Assembly (NCBI RefSeq): GCF_009914755.1
Contig: NC_060941.1
DNA: 64,000 nt
Source: the human T2T-CHM13v2.0 reference genome, Homo sapiens
Direction: 5' to 3' (one strand)
Position 1 is the stretch's first letter, and every line of letters begins with the position of its first letter. This document shows, piece by piece, positions 1 to 15,016 of the stretch. The notes beneath the pieces were generated by a model. It saw only the letters and a list, made by a program, of their open reading frames with translations, searched no databases and had not been told where the DNA came from. The translations under genes and the position numbers were made by a program.

Positions 1-85
1 TTTATCTTTAAAATGGTAGTGCTTTCTGGCCAACACATATCCTGATGAGTGACTATGATAATCAGAGGAATAAAGCTAATTTTAA

Positions 86-112
86 ACACACACACACACA
101 CACACACACACA
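86..112. repeat. (CA)n microsatellite
   Basis: Uninterrupted AC run. Confidence 0.95.
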
Positions 113-1164
113 TTGTAAATGACAAAGCCCTATACCAAAGTAACATGTTAGTGCTAATGGCTGTTTTCCTTTTACTGATTTCTAGGGCTAGGTATCTAGA
201 GCCTTTTTCTTCCCCTAACGTTCTTGTTTGATGTCTTGCTCTCTGATTTGGAACCAAAGTTAGACCTGAGAAATCAAGTTGGGCCTGACAGGGCAGATTA
301 TAAGGTCTTTATCATCCTATCAGATGGTCCTTTTCATGAACAAGAGAACATATTCCCTTGAAACTGAATATTGGGTAAAACTATTCATATTTCCCAAAAT
401 GAGATATATAGGAAGTAATGGTGGGGCCAGCCAGTCCATCTCCATAACTCAGAAACACCTGGCACAGTTAGCATAATCCATTTGTGCCAATAAAATCCAG
501 TGTGTCCTGACACAGAATTCTTCCAGCTGTCATAAAGGGACTTGGGTACCTTTGGATACCATATGCTGGCAATAAGTCTAGCCTAATAGCCAAGTTCATG
601 GTCCCCTCATTGCTTTTAAGTCATTCCTAAGCATCACAAGGACCCCCTCAAAACTACCATTTAGCTGTCACACATGTCAGCAGAGGCAAGCTAAGGGATG
701 ATGAATAACAGGACCACCAAAAATAACACGGGCCAATATGTTCCCTACCAACTCTTTTTCTCTGAAAATGCAGATCTTACACAGCATTAAGTGGTGAAGA
801 TAAAGGCAGTACTGCCAGTGAAATGTCACCATTAGATGTGTTTTCTTATCCAAGATACCCACCTACTTGGGTCACAAGCCCAGGGATGCTAGTCTTCCTG
901 AAGAGGCAGGTGACAGGAAAGATTTAGGAAAGAACAGCCTGTCAGTGAGTGAAGTTAGTGAAGAGAAGCCAGACTCTCCTATACAACCCCTTACTCCTAC
1001 AAGAGATTTTAAATGGCGTGATGTGGGCCTACTGCCCTTGCTGGTGGCAGTATAACATGACAGATTGGCTTGATATTCCTACTCATGTCCTACATTTAAT
1101 GCAGGCGGGGGTGCTTTGTGACTTTTTTTTTTAACCTAAAATGCATTTTCTCCATTTCTTCAAC

Positions 1165-1570
1165 CTCATGATCTCCCCAACATCCCTCTGACCACATCTT
1201 CTACCATTCAATTCCAGCCACCCTAGCCTCTTGGTTAATCCTCAAATCTACCAACCTGCTCCTCTTCCTGGGTCTTCAGTGTTATTGCTCCCTCTTGTTT
1301 AAATGCTTTTCTCCTAGATATTTGCAAGACTTGCTCTCTCCTTGGCCTGTTAATGTATCAGAAATGCTGCCTCCTCTTCCATTCCTTTCTCTGTTTTATT
1401 TTTCTCCATAGCAGTTATCGCCACTTGATTAGTATGTATTTATTATTAACTTATCTGTTCATCCCCTCTTTGTCACTAGCCCTCTGTTTGAGATGAAAGC
1501 TCCATGAGAACAGGGGTTATGTCTATTTTTGCACTGCTGTCACAGAACAACAACTCAAATATTGTTGAAT
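1165..1570 (+). mobile_element. L2 3' fragment
   Basis: L2-like motifs TTCCAGCCAC, AAAGCTCCATGAGAACAGGG, CTCAAATATTGTTGAAT. Confidence 0.7.
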
Positions 1571-1973
1571 ATTGAAGGCTATGCAACTTCTTCCTCATGC
1601 CCAGTTAAAATGTCTTTATTTTCCCTTAAGCCATCTCTCATCTCCAACCTCTATCCTGGTCTTCTCATGTCTTTCATTGGTTCTATAATAATTTCTTAAG
1701 ACATTTGACACTTCTTCCTAGATCATGTGATTGTAATAAATATCAAAGCTATTGACATTTCATCTTATTATACTATAAGCCCCTCAAAGTGTGGGCTGTT
1801 TAATGTAATTCTGAATCCTCTCTAGTACATTGATCTGTGCTTATTAAGTATTTGGAAGATAGGTGAATGTCTGTAGTGTTAATAATTTAATTCGTTTGTT
1901 CATTTACTCATTTGCTTAATAAAAGACTGGCAATCATTGCGCTAAATGCTGCTTCTGTAGTGAATGAAGCAGA

Positions 1974-1996
1974 AACCAAACCAAACCAAACCAAAC
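1974..1996. repeat. (AAACC)n short tandem repeat
   Basis: About 4.5 copies of AAACC. Confidence 0.85.
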
Positions 1997-2444
1997 AAGA
2001 CCATCAGTAGGCCATCATGTAATAAGTACATATGTTTTACCAAGTATTTTTCATAGGTCATTGTTACATATATTTAATCCTTATGATAGTTCAAAATGAT
2101 ATTATTATTCCCCATTTAAAGGATGGGCAAAATAGAAACACAAAGATGTTGAGGGTTTTTTTTTTTCCTCTTGGATTTTTATCTCTATCTCTCCACTATC
2201 AAATATGTCTTAAGCAATGTGCCATGTATTCTGGCTTTGTACAAAACCTGATGTCTAAGAATAATAACCGCTTTAGGATATTTGATGATTATGTTTGCAT
2301 GACACTGACACAAATCTGTTGTGGGCAGAGGATGATTGCTGATAATGGGATAAATGTCTCTGTAAACTCTCTCTCAGAGCCTGTGTAAAGAGGTCCAGCA
2401 CTGTGGCTCAAAGGCAGGGGGGCTCCTTGATTGAACACTCAATG

Positions 2445-2920
2445 TTTGTCCCAAAACAGATCTTTCCTACTGTTTTCGGCACCTGTCTTGGCTTCTGTGG
2501 CTTTTGACGTCGATGACCTATACCAGTGGCTCCACCTTGGAGGCCACTCTCAGGCTACTGGAACCACTTTGTCCCTCAAGTATAAAAAGTGGGCAGTGCC
2601 TGGGAATTTATACCTCACCCTACTCATTTCTAAGGGTGATCCTTAGCCAATGAATACCTATGGGTGAGGAGGTTTAAAAGCCCAGCTCTTTGCCTTAGGT
2701 TGCAATAGTGCTGAGACATAATTTATACTTCCATACTTCCAGGGTCTCTCTGTTAGATCAGATTGAGTTTCAGCTCTGAAAGCTTTGTGTGAAATTGCAC
2801 TGTTGCTTCCTTTTGCTTTTTGCTTTCCTTACTTACTAGTTTTTCCTCAAACTTATTTAATAAATCACTTGCATACAAATCCTTATCTCAGGGTCTCCTT
2901 TTGAGGAATCCAACTGAAGA
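2445..2920 (+). mobile_element. ERVL solo LTR, LTR16-like
   Basis: 3' end AATAAATCACTTGCATACAAATCCTTATCTCAGGGTCTCC resembles the LTR16 terminus. Confidence 0.65.
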
Positions 2921-3212
2921 TCGTTGCCTAGTAGGAAGCATTAGTTAAAATGTTCTTCATGGGAAAGGAATTGTGCCTTCTATATGAAAGCTACTCTGCC
3001 CTTTTGGAGGAAGCTGCTTGCCTCTGGGTTAGAGCTGGTCCTTCAGGGTATTTCATGGCTATCTCTTAGACAGATAGTGGTTCTACTCTAACCTAGATTG
3101 GAAATAAAACAAATGGAAACTGTTTCTTTAGACTGTATATTGTATGTGGTTGCCCAAAACACACAGGCACACAGACATACACACACACTCATGATCAAAT
3201 GAAATGAAATCA

Positions 3213-3495
3213 GGCTGGGCGTGGTGGCTCATGCCTGTAATCCCAGCACTGTGAGAGGCTGAGGCAGGTGGATCACAAGGTCGGGAGATCAAGACCATCC
3301 TGACTAACATGGTGAAATCCTGTCTCTACTAAAAATACAAAAATTAGCCAGGTGTGGTGCATGCCTGTAGTCTCAGCTACTCAGGAAGCTGAGGCAGGAG
3401 AATCGCTTGAACCCAGGAGATGGAGGTTGCAGTGAGCCAAGATCACGCCACCGCACTCCAGCCAGGGCAAGAGAGCAAGACTCCATCTCAAAAAA

Positions 3496-3538
<43 letters not shown>
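3213..3538 (+). mobile_element. AluS (Sc-like) with (TAAA)n tail
   Basis: Full dimer; tail expanded to TAAA repeats; approximate TSD AAATRAAATCA. Confidence 0.95.
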
Positions 3539-3634
3539 AATCAATAAGTATAGAGAAATTTATTTGAACTCTATTCATTACTGGACATTCATCACTTTCC
3601 ACGGATTCTACTAAAGACCTAGGATATAAAAGTA

Positions 3635-3930
3635 ACATAATTTCTACCTTTGGGAAACTAACAATGTGTGGGGCAAAATAGGGACGTGATCAATAAAAAC
3701 ACAGGACAGCTGGGTAAGTGCTACAGTAAAGGCTGGTATCAGGTGCTGAGGGACCAGAAAAGGGAGCTATGCATTTGGGTAGGGAGAAAAAACTAGGACA
3801 GTTTCACTGAAAAGGAGATATTTGAGCTGGTTTCTGAAGGAGAGAAAAAATTACCACAGATAAAGGAGAGTATTGCCCTGATAGAATACTGAGAGTGAAG
3901 AAGCATAATTTATTGAGGAATTCATTTATA
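3635..3930 (-). mobile_element. L2 fragment
   Basis: Antisense L2 motifs (GTAAGTGCTA..., GGAGATATTTGAGCTGG). Confidence 0.55.
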
Positions 3931-6252
3931 TCTTATTTATGTTTTGTACCTCACCCCCCACAACAATTGTTTCTATTTCTAATAAATCAAGCAATCAATC
4001 AACCTACAGGGAAGTTGGAGGTCTGCAAACCTCCTTGGCTTGGATAATGAGCACATCAACAGAGACTAGCAGTGACCAGTATGGAGGACATTAGAGGAGT
4101 CTCTCTGAATGCTCTGCTTAACATAAAATTTTAAAGAACTGCAGGAGGAGGAGTTGGGTGGAGTGACAGCCCACAATGACTGAGTGAATTTGCCTTCAAC
4201 CTGGCAACATGGGTGCAAAGTCAGATTTATTTTAATTTAAAGAGCACAAAGAAGAAGGATATTTCTTCTGTATCTGAGCTTGCGAAGTAAAATAATTATT
4301 GCTGGTCTGTTGAACGTGGGAAACTATGAGTAGTTTCCTTGCTCAAGTGTAGGATGCAAGGGGAGAGGAGAGCCGAGGCCAGGATGAGAAGCTGAGATGT
4401 GCACTGATTGAGAGCCATTAAATATCTTTAACTAGAACAATAACAGGATCATGCTGCTGCTTGGGAGGGAGTAAAGATTGAGTGGAAGGCCCCTACCTGT
4501 GGGTTGCAGTGATAGGCACTAATAATGAAGAAGGCAGCGGTCTATCCTTGCTCAAGGGTTTCCCATTCCTCTGGAGAAATGAGACTTGCTCTAAAAAAGT
4601 ATTAATAGCTAGTTGCACAACTAATGCTATAGGAAAAAGTGGTTGTCAGAGGCTACTCACTTAGCTCCTGTTTTGTTTTCTACCCTTTTGTTCCACTGAG
4701 TCGGAAGATCAATTAAGATCGTCAGCCTTGACGGCTCAGACTGAGCTGTTTGGTAAGGACTTGAATAGAGTCACATTTTCCACTTCTTGATCTTTCTAGA
4801 CATTTGATGGCAAAACCATTACCTGTTGAATTCCATATGCTTTTCCATTCCCTCATGATTTGCCAGAATCTATTACTGACAACCTGACCAGACAGCACAG
4901 TTGAATAAGTCATGAATAGACACTTGGCTCCCACCCAGTCACATTTCCTGCCTCCTAGGTCAGGTCAGTCCTATAGACTGGATCTTTACCTCTCCATGTC
5001 CATAGACTGTTATATTTTCTAGAGTAGTTTTCCAGTTTTCTAGAGTTGGGGTTCACAACATAACCTCCAAATACTTGGTTGGCATTCTAATGCCCACCTT
5101 AACCCCCACCTGACTGCTAGATTCTGTATTCTGTGTTCTTAGCATGTTTCCCAGTATCCTGACACAAGTGGCAAATCACTCATAAGACACACTAATCAGG
5201 ATACTTGACTCCTAAATTTGTGAGGCTGCCTTGATCTTTGGACTGTCCTCTTGATATAATGTCTCAGTACTGACCTCCTCTGGCATCCTGAGACCGCCAT
5301 ACTGCCATACTCACTTTCCCTAGATCCATGTCCCAAAGCCTCCTCTATAACTGAGAAGACTTCTTAGACCCTGATAGTTTCAAATCTTGTTTATTGCCCC
5401 TCCAACAACTTAAGAATGTGGAAAGGATCTAAGTAGTAACTGGTGAGGTACATGACTGGGATTATGGAGAAGGAATCAAAAGAAAAAGATGGAGAGAAGA
5501 GATCACCTAGACATCACTGCACAGTTGAGATTCCCAGTCACTATTCACTGATTTTTGATTTTCATTTGATCTCAGCACATACACACAACAAGACTCTAGC
5601 CTTCCCAGGAGATGAGGTTCTGAAAGCTTTGACAAAGTTCTCTTTATGTGATAGGAGATGGCTCTGCTGTGGGACTCTCACATTTCATGGTGACAGGATG
5701 AAAAGTGGCACTTGCGAGGGTGGATGCTGAGCAAGAGAATGATTTAGAGCATCTCTGTGATGATGTTTTGCCATTTTAAAATAGTTTAATGCTGGTTCTT
5801 TAGAGCAGTAATTTTCTAACCTCTTAAAAATTCTGCATTGAACCTCTTCTGTCAAAGGAAATCTTATGTAGAAAACTAATACAGAAAACATACAAAACAG
5901 AACTGCTCAGAGTGAAGCAGTTGTGTCATGCCTGAACCCTGGCCAAAGGCTTTTATTCCCAACTCTCCAGCTATGGTGCACCCAAGGCTTGCAAAGCCTT
6001 CAGTATGATAGCCACAGAGCAGAGGAGACAAGCTGGCATCCTAAAAACTGGATCTTAAAAACATAAATGTGTGTGGTTTGGATCCTAGAACATTTTACAA
6101 AGACTGGAGTCAATATTTAATCAATGACCTAATTCATATTAAAATTTCAATTTTCTATCTTGTGTTGCATATTTTAAAGTTCATTCAATATAAAGTGTGA
6201 ATTCTCATGTAATAATATTATTTCAGAAAAGAATTGCAGTATATAAGTCAGA

Positions 6253-6794
6253 TGTGTTAGTGAGGTTCATTAGGGAAACAGAATCAACAGAATATATTGT
6301 TTGTTCTCAGATCACTTTGTTAAGATAGTGTGTATATAGATATACACATAATTTATATATAATATATTTAATTTTTATACATATATGAATAATATATTTT
6401 CATATATATTCTCTCTCTATATTACATATATGTATATATATATTATATATATATGTACAGAGAGAGAGAGAGAATATATATATAGAGAGAGAGAGAAAGA
6501 GAGAAGGGAGGAGGGAGAGACAAAGAGAGAGAGTTGCAGTTTGAGTTTGATGGCAGTCTACTGGCAGAATTCTCCCCGCCTCATCTGGGTTGGTCAGTCT
6601 TTTCTCTATTAAAGCCCTTAACAGATTGAACAAAGCCCAACCACATTATAGGGTAATCTGCTTAACTTAAAGTTTACTGACTTAAGGCTAATCTTATCTA
6701 AAACATGCCTTCACAGACATATCTAGGATAATGTTTGACTAAATATCTGAGTACCATGACCTAATCAAGTTGATACATGAAATTTACAATCACA
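6253..6794 (-). mobile_element. MLT2 (C/D-like) ERVL LTR with internal (TA)n/(GA)n expansion
   Basis: TG...CA termini; TGTGTTAGTGAGGTTC...AAACAGAATCAACAG at one end and AAGTTGATACATGAAATTTACAATCACA at the other. Confidence 0.8.
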
Positions 6795-6859
6795 GACAGC
6801 CATCCCTTTAATTTAGTTATTTTAAAAAGCATGTTATTGACTTAAAAAATCTCTCTTTG

Positions 6860-8350
<1,491 letters not shown>

Positions 8351-8679
8351 ACTACACCATGACTTTGAAATACTATCAAACAAACTCCACTGATGTTCAA
8401 GACAGCGTGCATTCTGCCACAGTCTCAGTGGATGTCTAGAGCTCTTTTTTTTTTTTGATCAGTAAATACAATAGTCAAAATAAGGCTTCTTTAGGGAGGT
8501 CAGGAGTAATTCCTGGGCATTAAGTTTAAGAAATGTTTAATTTGGTAGTTCCAGGTTACTATTATTGTATGAAATAAAGCAGTGACCAGCTAGTTGAAAA
8601 GAGCTCATGTTTCAAACAAATACATGTCAATACTGTCTAATGGTACTGGGAACAAAAACAATAATAATACTACATATTT

Positions 8680-8806
8680 TAATACACTATCTACAATGTG
8701 TCAGATACTAAGTGCTTTATAAAGATTTTCATATTTGATCCTGATAATAAACTTGAGAGAGAGATATTATTATTCCAATTTACAGAAAAGGAACTAAAAG
8801 TCAGAG
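8680..8806 (-). mobile_element. MIR fragment
   Basis: MIR core ATTATTATTCCAATTTACAGAAAAGGAACT. Confidence 0.6.
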
Positions 8807-9549
8807 GAAAGAGATAAAATATATGACTTCTATTGCATTTTATTTATCTTATTAAAAACATCCTTATTAATCTTATTAAACATATCTATTGCATTTATTA
8901 TCTTATTTAATAAAATGCATAAACTGCTTCTTTGTCTACTTAAAGCTTCTAGAAAGAGTCGGTTACTCAGAGGATCTAGCACTGGGAATCAATTAACTCA
9001 CAAAACATAATGGTTCCTAAAAATACCTTTGAAGACAGATACAAATGGGTTCAAAATTTGGTTTTACCACTTGTCAGCTATAAGTAGACAAGGAAGCAAC
9101 TGATTATGCCACAATTAATGGCAATTCAGGAATCTGTAAAATTGACCAAGAGGAGACTGGCCTTCTCTAACCCGGATGTGTGTGTGTATGTGTTTGTGCA
9201 TTTCTATCAGCCACCAGGAAAAGTGAATCAATGGGGATTCAGACATTCATTTATGACTATAGTGACCACTGAGTCAGTAGATCTCTTTTACACATCACCC
9301 ACCCCATTATAAAGTTTAATTCTCTGTTAGTGACATTAAATCCTTCTTGATCTCTCTTCTCTCTTGTGGTCTCAAGGAGAAATTTTCAGTCTCTTAATCT
9401 TTTTCAATTTTGCACTCAAAAACACATGTTGCTGAGACATGATCTTTTATTTCTACTGTTTCAATATTACAATATGATATACTATATCATGGACAGAACC
9501 ATCAAGGGACATTTCCTACACATATTTAGGACCTAACAATTCCTCCTTA

Positions 9550-9780
9550 TAGCCTAGTAGTTGAGATGTGGACCCTGGAATTGGATTGCCAGGTTTTGAC
9601 TTTTTCTACCCTACTTTCTAGCTTGGGCAAGTTATTAACCTGTCTATTCCTCATTTTTTTCAACTTTAAAATGGGGGAAATATCTGTCACTTAGAATTAA
9701 TATGATTAATTAAATGAATTACTATTCCAAATAACTTAGAACACTCCCAGGCTCTGAATAAATGTAACTATATTATTTTT
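9550..9780 (+). mobile_element. MIR
   Basis: CTTGGGCAAGTTATTAACC...TAAAATGGGG core. Confidence 0.7.
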
Positions 9781-10221
9781 ACTATTAAATCCAACAGCAA
9801 CAGTAAATATCATTATTGTTTATTTCAAATAATAAAGTTCCCTCCTTGTTAGAAGTCCTCTCTGTGTTGGGATTTTAATTCTAAGAGGAAGGATTTTGTT
9901 CCAATTAAAACCATTTTTTGAAATCCTCAAGAAATTGTTCATTGGACATCTGCATTTATTTCAAATCTGTTCTATCAATATATTCTGAATAATTCATGTA
10001 ATCGAATAATAAAGGCATACGTTGATTCATGTATACTAAAAATCAAGGATCAATATTTATAATTTGAACTTTTTTGGTTTGTTCCACTTTAGTTGTAGAG
10101 TTCAAATAATTTTGAGCTTTGTTACAAAATTTGTTTCCAAAGCTAGCTTCCAACATATTTAAAATATGTTTTTTGTATGCATACACATGCTCATTTCAAT
10201 TGCATCCAACTGAATTAAATG

Positions 10222-10470
10222 GCACTAACAGTTGCATAGTGCTCACAATATATCAGGCACTGCACCAATCATTCCATATTTGTTATCTTATTTAGTCCTA
10301 GTCACAACTGAAAGAGATGTTTATAAATATCTTCATTTCGTGGATGAGGATATTGAGATTCCGAGTAGTTAAGTAACTTGCTTGATGCCATATGGCTGGT
10401 AAGAGGAGCAACGGGCATTTAAAGCTCAGTCCTCTTTACTCAGGCTTGCGCTCTTGAACCACAGCACACT
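10222..10470 (-). mobile_element. MIR
   Basis: GGATGAGGATATTGAG...GTTAAGTAACTTGC core. Confidence 0.7.
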
Positions 10471-11078
10471 AGCTCAAATCTCTAAATATGCAACTCCAGG
10501 TAGCAGCCTGTAGGTGGGAGAGTTCATTCTTGGGATGGAGAGCCATTCTCCTGACACTGAAATTGTGACATCAAAGTCTATCACCTATTTTAGTTACAGA
10601 CAAAGCTTCTACCCTGACCACTTGGTGGATGAAGGAGAAAAAGAAGATTGCTATGGGGACTTTAGGAGTTTCAAAATGTGAGAAGGATAGGATGGTGAAG
10701 TTATTTATTTTCAGCTTTGATAGAAACACAGGAAGGATGATGATGGAGAGAAGAATTATGATAACACAAACTATCTTTTCCTCAAACTTGGTGGTGTCAC
10801 TGATATTCATTCTTGCCATTATTTTGAAAAATAACATAATTTTAGGGAAAAAGGAAACACTGAAATATGCATATTGACTGTAACAAGCATCATGATTTCA
10901 GAAATATTAAAGTGTGAATTCTAGAATGCAGTGATTAATAAAAATCTCCCGGTTTTTCCTTAATACTTTACAAGGTCATTGGGGATAAGGATAATGATGA
11001 TCAAATGAATTCACTGACTGTAGATCTGTGACATTACTAGAGGTCATTTAGCTATGCTTTTGTTAAGAACTGGTTCCC

Positions 11079-11381
11079 AGCCAGGCATAGTGGCTCATCC
11101 CTGTAACCCCAGCACTTTAAGGGGCTGAGGCAGATGGAACACTTGAGGTCAGGAGTTCGGGACCAGCCTGACCAACATGGAAAAACACTGTCTCTACTAA
11201 AAACACAAAAATTAGCCAGGTGTGTTGGTGCACGACTGTAATTCCAGCTACTTGGGAGGCTGAGGCACGAGAATTGCTTGAACCCAGGAAGCGGAGTTTG
11301 TAGTGAGCCAAGATCACGCCACTGCACTCCGGCCTGGGTGACAAAGTAAGACCCTGTCTCAAAAACAAAAACAAACAAAAA
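11079..11381 (+). mobile_element. AluS (Sx/Sz-like)
   Basis: Full dimer; TSD AACTGGTTCCC on both sides. Confidence 0.95.
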
Positions 11382-12040
11382 AACTGGTTCCCAAGTTCTG
11401 TTTGGTTGAGGATCTTATGAAAAATGCTTTTGCACTTATTTTACCATTGAATACAAAGACAACTAAGGAGATCACATCTAAGAATGTCATGGAAGTACAA
11501 ATATTTGCAATCACTGAATCCGCCATTATCTCCTACACATAAAGCAATACTATATGAATTTTACTCACTGCTTAAAAATTCCTTCTCCATCAGACTCCCA
11601 AAACTATTTAGAGCAGTGTGAAAAGTTTTACAAACTGATCCATAATACATAACAGCCTCACACATTCTCCAGGAAGACAGCATGTGTGTGGAGAAAGAAG
11701 GCTTTCTTTAGATTCAGAGAGGATCACGTTTAAAATATAGCTTCTCCTCTTACTAGCCATCAACCTTTGGAACCTTCAGGGTCTTAAGTTCTCTAAGCTT
11801 CTAGGTCTAGAATAGGAGAAAAAAAAACCTCAAGGATTACTTCAAAGAATAAAGAAAATTATGTATGTAAAGCTCTTTATCTGTATTAGGTATTTAACAA
11901 AATAATAATAATAAATTATTACATACTGCTTACCATGGCAAAGACAATTTTCTAAGCACTTTACATGTTAACTTATTTGCCTTTCATAAAACGTTGTGAA
12001 GGGAAAATTGTCATTCCCATTTTAAATTCTTATATTTCTT

Positions 12041-12364
<324 letters not shown>

Positions 12365-12387
12365 CATTCTTATGTTTCTTTAAAGCC

Positions 12388-12830
12388 TTTTACTTCAAAA
12401 TAATTTTACATTTACAGAAAAGTGGAAAGGATAGTACATAGAATTCTCACATACCATTTACCCAGCTTCCCTCATGTTACCATCTTACATAACAATGATG
12501 CATTTATGACAACTAAGAAATTAATGTTGATACAATGCTGTTAATTAAAATGCAAACTTTATTTGGATCTTCCTAGTTGTTATGCTTATGTTCTTTTCTG
12601 TCTCAGGATTCAATTGAGGATACCACATTGCATTCTGTTTTCATGTCTCTTTAGTCTTATATTTGTGATGTGTCTTGGTCTCTCCTTGCCCTTCATGATC
12701 TTGGCACTTTCGGAGTAATGGTCAGATATTTTATTGAATGTCCCTCAATTTGAGTTCCTCTCATGTTATCTCATGATTTTGGATTGGGAGGAAGAAAATC
12801 ACAGAGGCGATGTGCCTTTCCTGTTACATT
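12388..12830 (-). mobile_element. L1M (MC/MD-like) extreme 3' end
   Basis: Antisense of the L1M terminal region (TTTACAGAAAAGT..., AATGTCCCTCAATTTGAG). Confidence 0.75.
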
Positions 12831-13084
12831 GTAAATATATATCCATGCATCCTTACTTTAATAAATAAATGATTAAATGAATAAGCTACTGGGAAAGAAG
12901 TGACAAATCTTCTGTATGGAATAATTCCAATTAATAAATTTATAAGGAATGAGAGAAATAGAAGTCACCATTATAACACTACAGTAATAATTGCTGCATG
13001 TTAGATCTATTGATGCATGCTAAAATTAGTGTGCAAAGCTTTAAGGAAAAACAGAGATATTTGCATAGCCTCAAAGTATCTCCC

Positions 13085-13500
13085 AGATATAGTTTGAGTT
13101 TATGTCCCCACAAAATCTGAGGTTGCACTGTAATCCCCAATGTTGGAGGTGAGGCCTGAGGGGAGGAGTTTGGGTCATGGGGGAGGATCCCTCATGGATT
13201 GGTGCTGTCCTTAGTGAGTTTAGATAGTGACTTTTCACTCAGATAGTGAGTTCTCCCAAGATCTGGTTGTTGTAAAGTGTGGCACTCCTTCCCACTCTCT
13301 CTCTTGCTCCTGCTTATGCCATGTGACATGCAAGCTCCTGCTTTGCCTTCCTAAGCAAAAACTTCCTAAGGCCTCCCCAGAAACAGATGCCGGTGCTATG
13401 CCTCCTGTACAAACTGCAGAACTATGAGCCAATTAAACCTCTTGTAAATTAACCAGTCTAAGGCATTTCCTTATATCATTGCAAGGAACAGCCTAATACA
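13085..13500 (+). mobile_element. MST (MaLR) solo LTR
   Basis: GATATAGTTTG...TGTAATCCCCAATGTTGGAGGTG start; GAGCCAATTAAACC...CTAATACA end. Confidence 0.88.
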
Positions 13501-13629
13501 TGCCCCAAAATATTAATTCCTGTGATGGTTTTAATATATTCTGACAGATCATTTATAGTCTTTTTTTTTTTCTAGGGAATGGTAATTTTCCTACCTTTAA
13601 ATGTGGGCTAGACTGGCGACTCTCTTCTT

Positions 13630-13844
13630 CTTCTTCTTTTTTTTTTTTTTTGAGATGGAGTCTCGCTCTGTCACCCAGGCTGAAGTGCAGTGGCATGATC
13701 TTGGCTCACTGCAAGCTCCCAGGTTCATGCCATTCTCCTGCCTCAGCCTCCTGAGTAGCTGGGACTACAGGTGCCCACGACCACACCCGTCTAATTTTTG
13801 GTATTTTTAGTAGAGACGGGGTTTCACCGTGTTAGCCAGGATGG
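13630..13844 (-). mobile_element. 5'-truncated AluY
   Basis: AluY diagnostics (CAAGCTCC, CCATTCTCC, GTGTTAGCCAGGATGG); 16-bp TSD TGGCRACTCTCTTCTT at 13614 and 13842. Confidence 0.92.
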
Positions 13845-13962
13845 CAACTCTCTTCTTATGACTAGAGTATGGAAAGGCAAAATTAGTGATTTTATAGTGA
13901 AGAAATCTTGCAGACACCACCGTAAGCAATATCACCAATGATAGTCATAGTGAGACTACATA

Positions 13963-14579
13963 TAGTTAGTTCTGCTGTAATAAGACACAGGCATTTCTTA
14001 AAATGACCATGCTACACAAAATCACATAGTAAAAACCACAGGGCTTGCGGAAAAAATGGAATCGAGGCACAACACCCAAAAATTTCATAGGTGACACATG
14101 AAAACAAAAGCTAGGAAACTAATAAAAATCGTAGCATCATTGTTCACATGTTAAATGGTTAAGAAATGCATAAATGCTACAATAATTAGGGTACTTTCCT
14201 TAAAGAAGATCTGAAGTTTGCCCATAGAAATGGACGTTAGAAGAGCTGCAGCTCCTGAATTATTTTGAAGTGGTGGAACAAGTGTTAACTGAAATAAGAC
14301 AGAAAGTTGTAAGACCAGATGTGGATGGATATGGCTCATAACACAAGATGAACTGAAGCAGGTGTAGATATTTGAGATCTGTGTGTATGTGTTTTGTGTA
14401 TTTTTCCTTGGCTAGGTTCAACCAGGTGGAGGTTTCTGCCTTCACTTAATATTTGTCCCATAGAAAATCATGCATAAGCAAATATAACATTTTCAGTTTG
14501 CTTAAATTATTTCCTAATACATCATTTGCATTGGAACAAATTCATGTTTTCACAACAAGTGTTATAGCAAATCTGATTA
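13963..14579 (-). mobile_element. Tigger-family DNA transposon (Tigger8-like)
   Basis: Imperfect terminal inverted repeats AGTTAGTTCTGCTGTAA / TTATAGCAAATCTGATT. Confidence 0.65.
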
Positions 14580-14809
14580 CAAGTTGAATCTGAATGAATC
14601 TGCCTTACTTTATTTTGATAATATAACATCTATTTTTCTTGATAAAGATTTGGAAAAAAGAGAATCTTAGAGTGTCACTGGAATCAGCCAAAATACTTCA
14701 AAGAGTACAATAATGTCCATCAACAGGGAAGAATCATGATATTAGTTGATATGTCCACTACCATATTTGTCTTAGCACTTTTGCTGAACATTATTCTTAT
14801 CATTACTAT

Positions 14810-15016
14810 ATTTTAGACACAGGGTCTTGCTCTGTTGCTCAGGTTGGAGTGCAGTGGTGCAATCACAGCTCACTGCAGCCTTGAACTCCTAGGCTCATGC
14901 AATCCTGTCACTTCAGCCTCCCTGCCCTGAGTGGCTGGGATTATGGGTGCAGGCCATCACATGTGGGTAATTAAATTTATTTTTGTAGATGCAGGATTTC
15001 TTCATTTTGCCTAGGC
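14810..15016 (-). mobile_element. AluJ, truncated
   Basis: ATCACAGCTCACTGCAGCCTTGAACTCCTAGGCTC, J-type arm. Confidence 0.85.

Larger units (their letters stand above)
12831..13960 (+). mobile_element. L1M (MC/MD-like) upstream 3' UTR segment in opposite orientation, interrupted by MST LTR and AluY
   Basis: Sense L1M motifs ATATTTGCATAGCCTCAAAGTATC and GCAGACACCACC. Confidence 0.6.

Noticed and set aside
867-1055. 62-aa ORF and a CTCF-like GCTGGTGGCAG
   Set aside because: Non-ATG start and no homology; the motif mismatches the CTCF core at several key positions.
10500-10880. Overlapping 82-88-aa ORFs and a short open frame (…YRQSFYPDHLVDEGEKEDCYGDF…)
   Set aside because: No recognisable homology and no convincing splice sites; sizes are within chance expectation.
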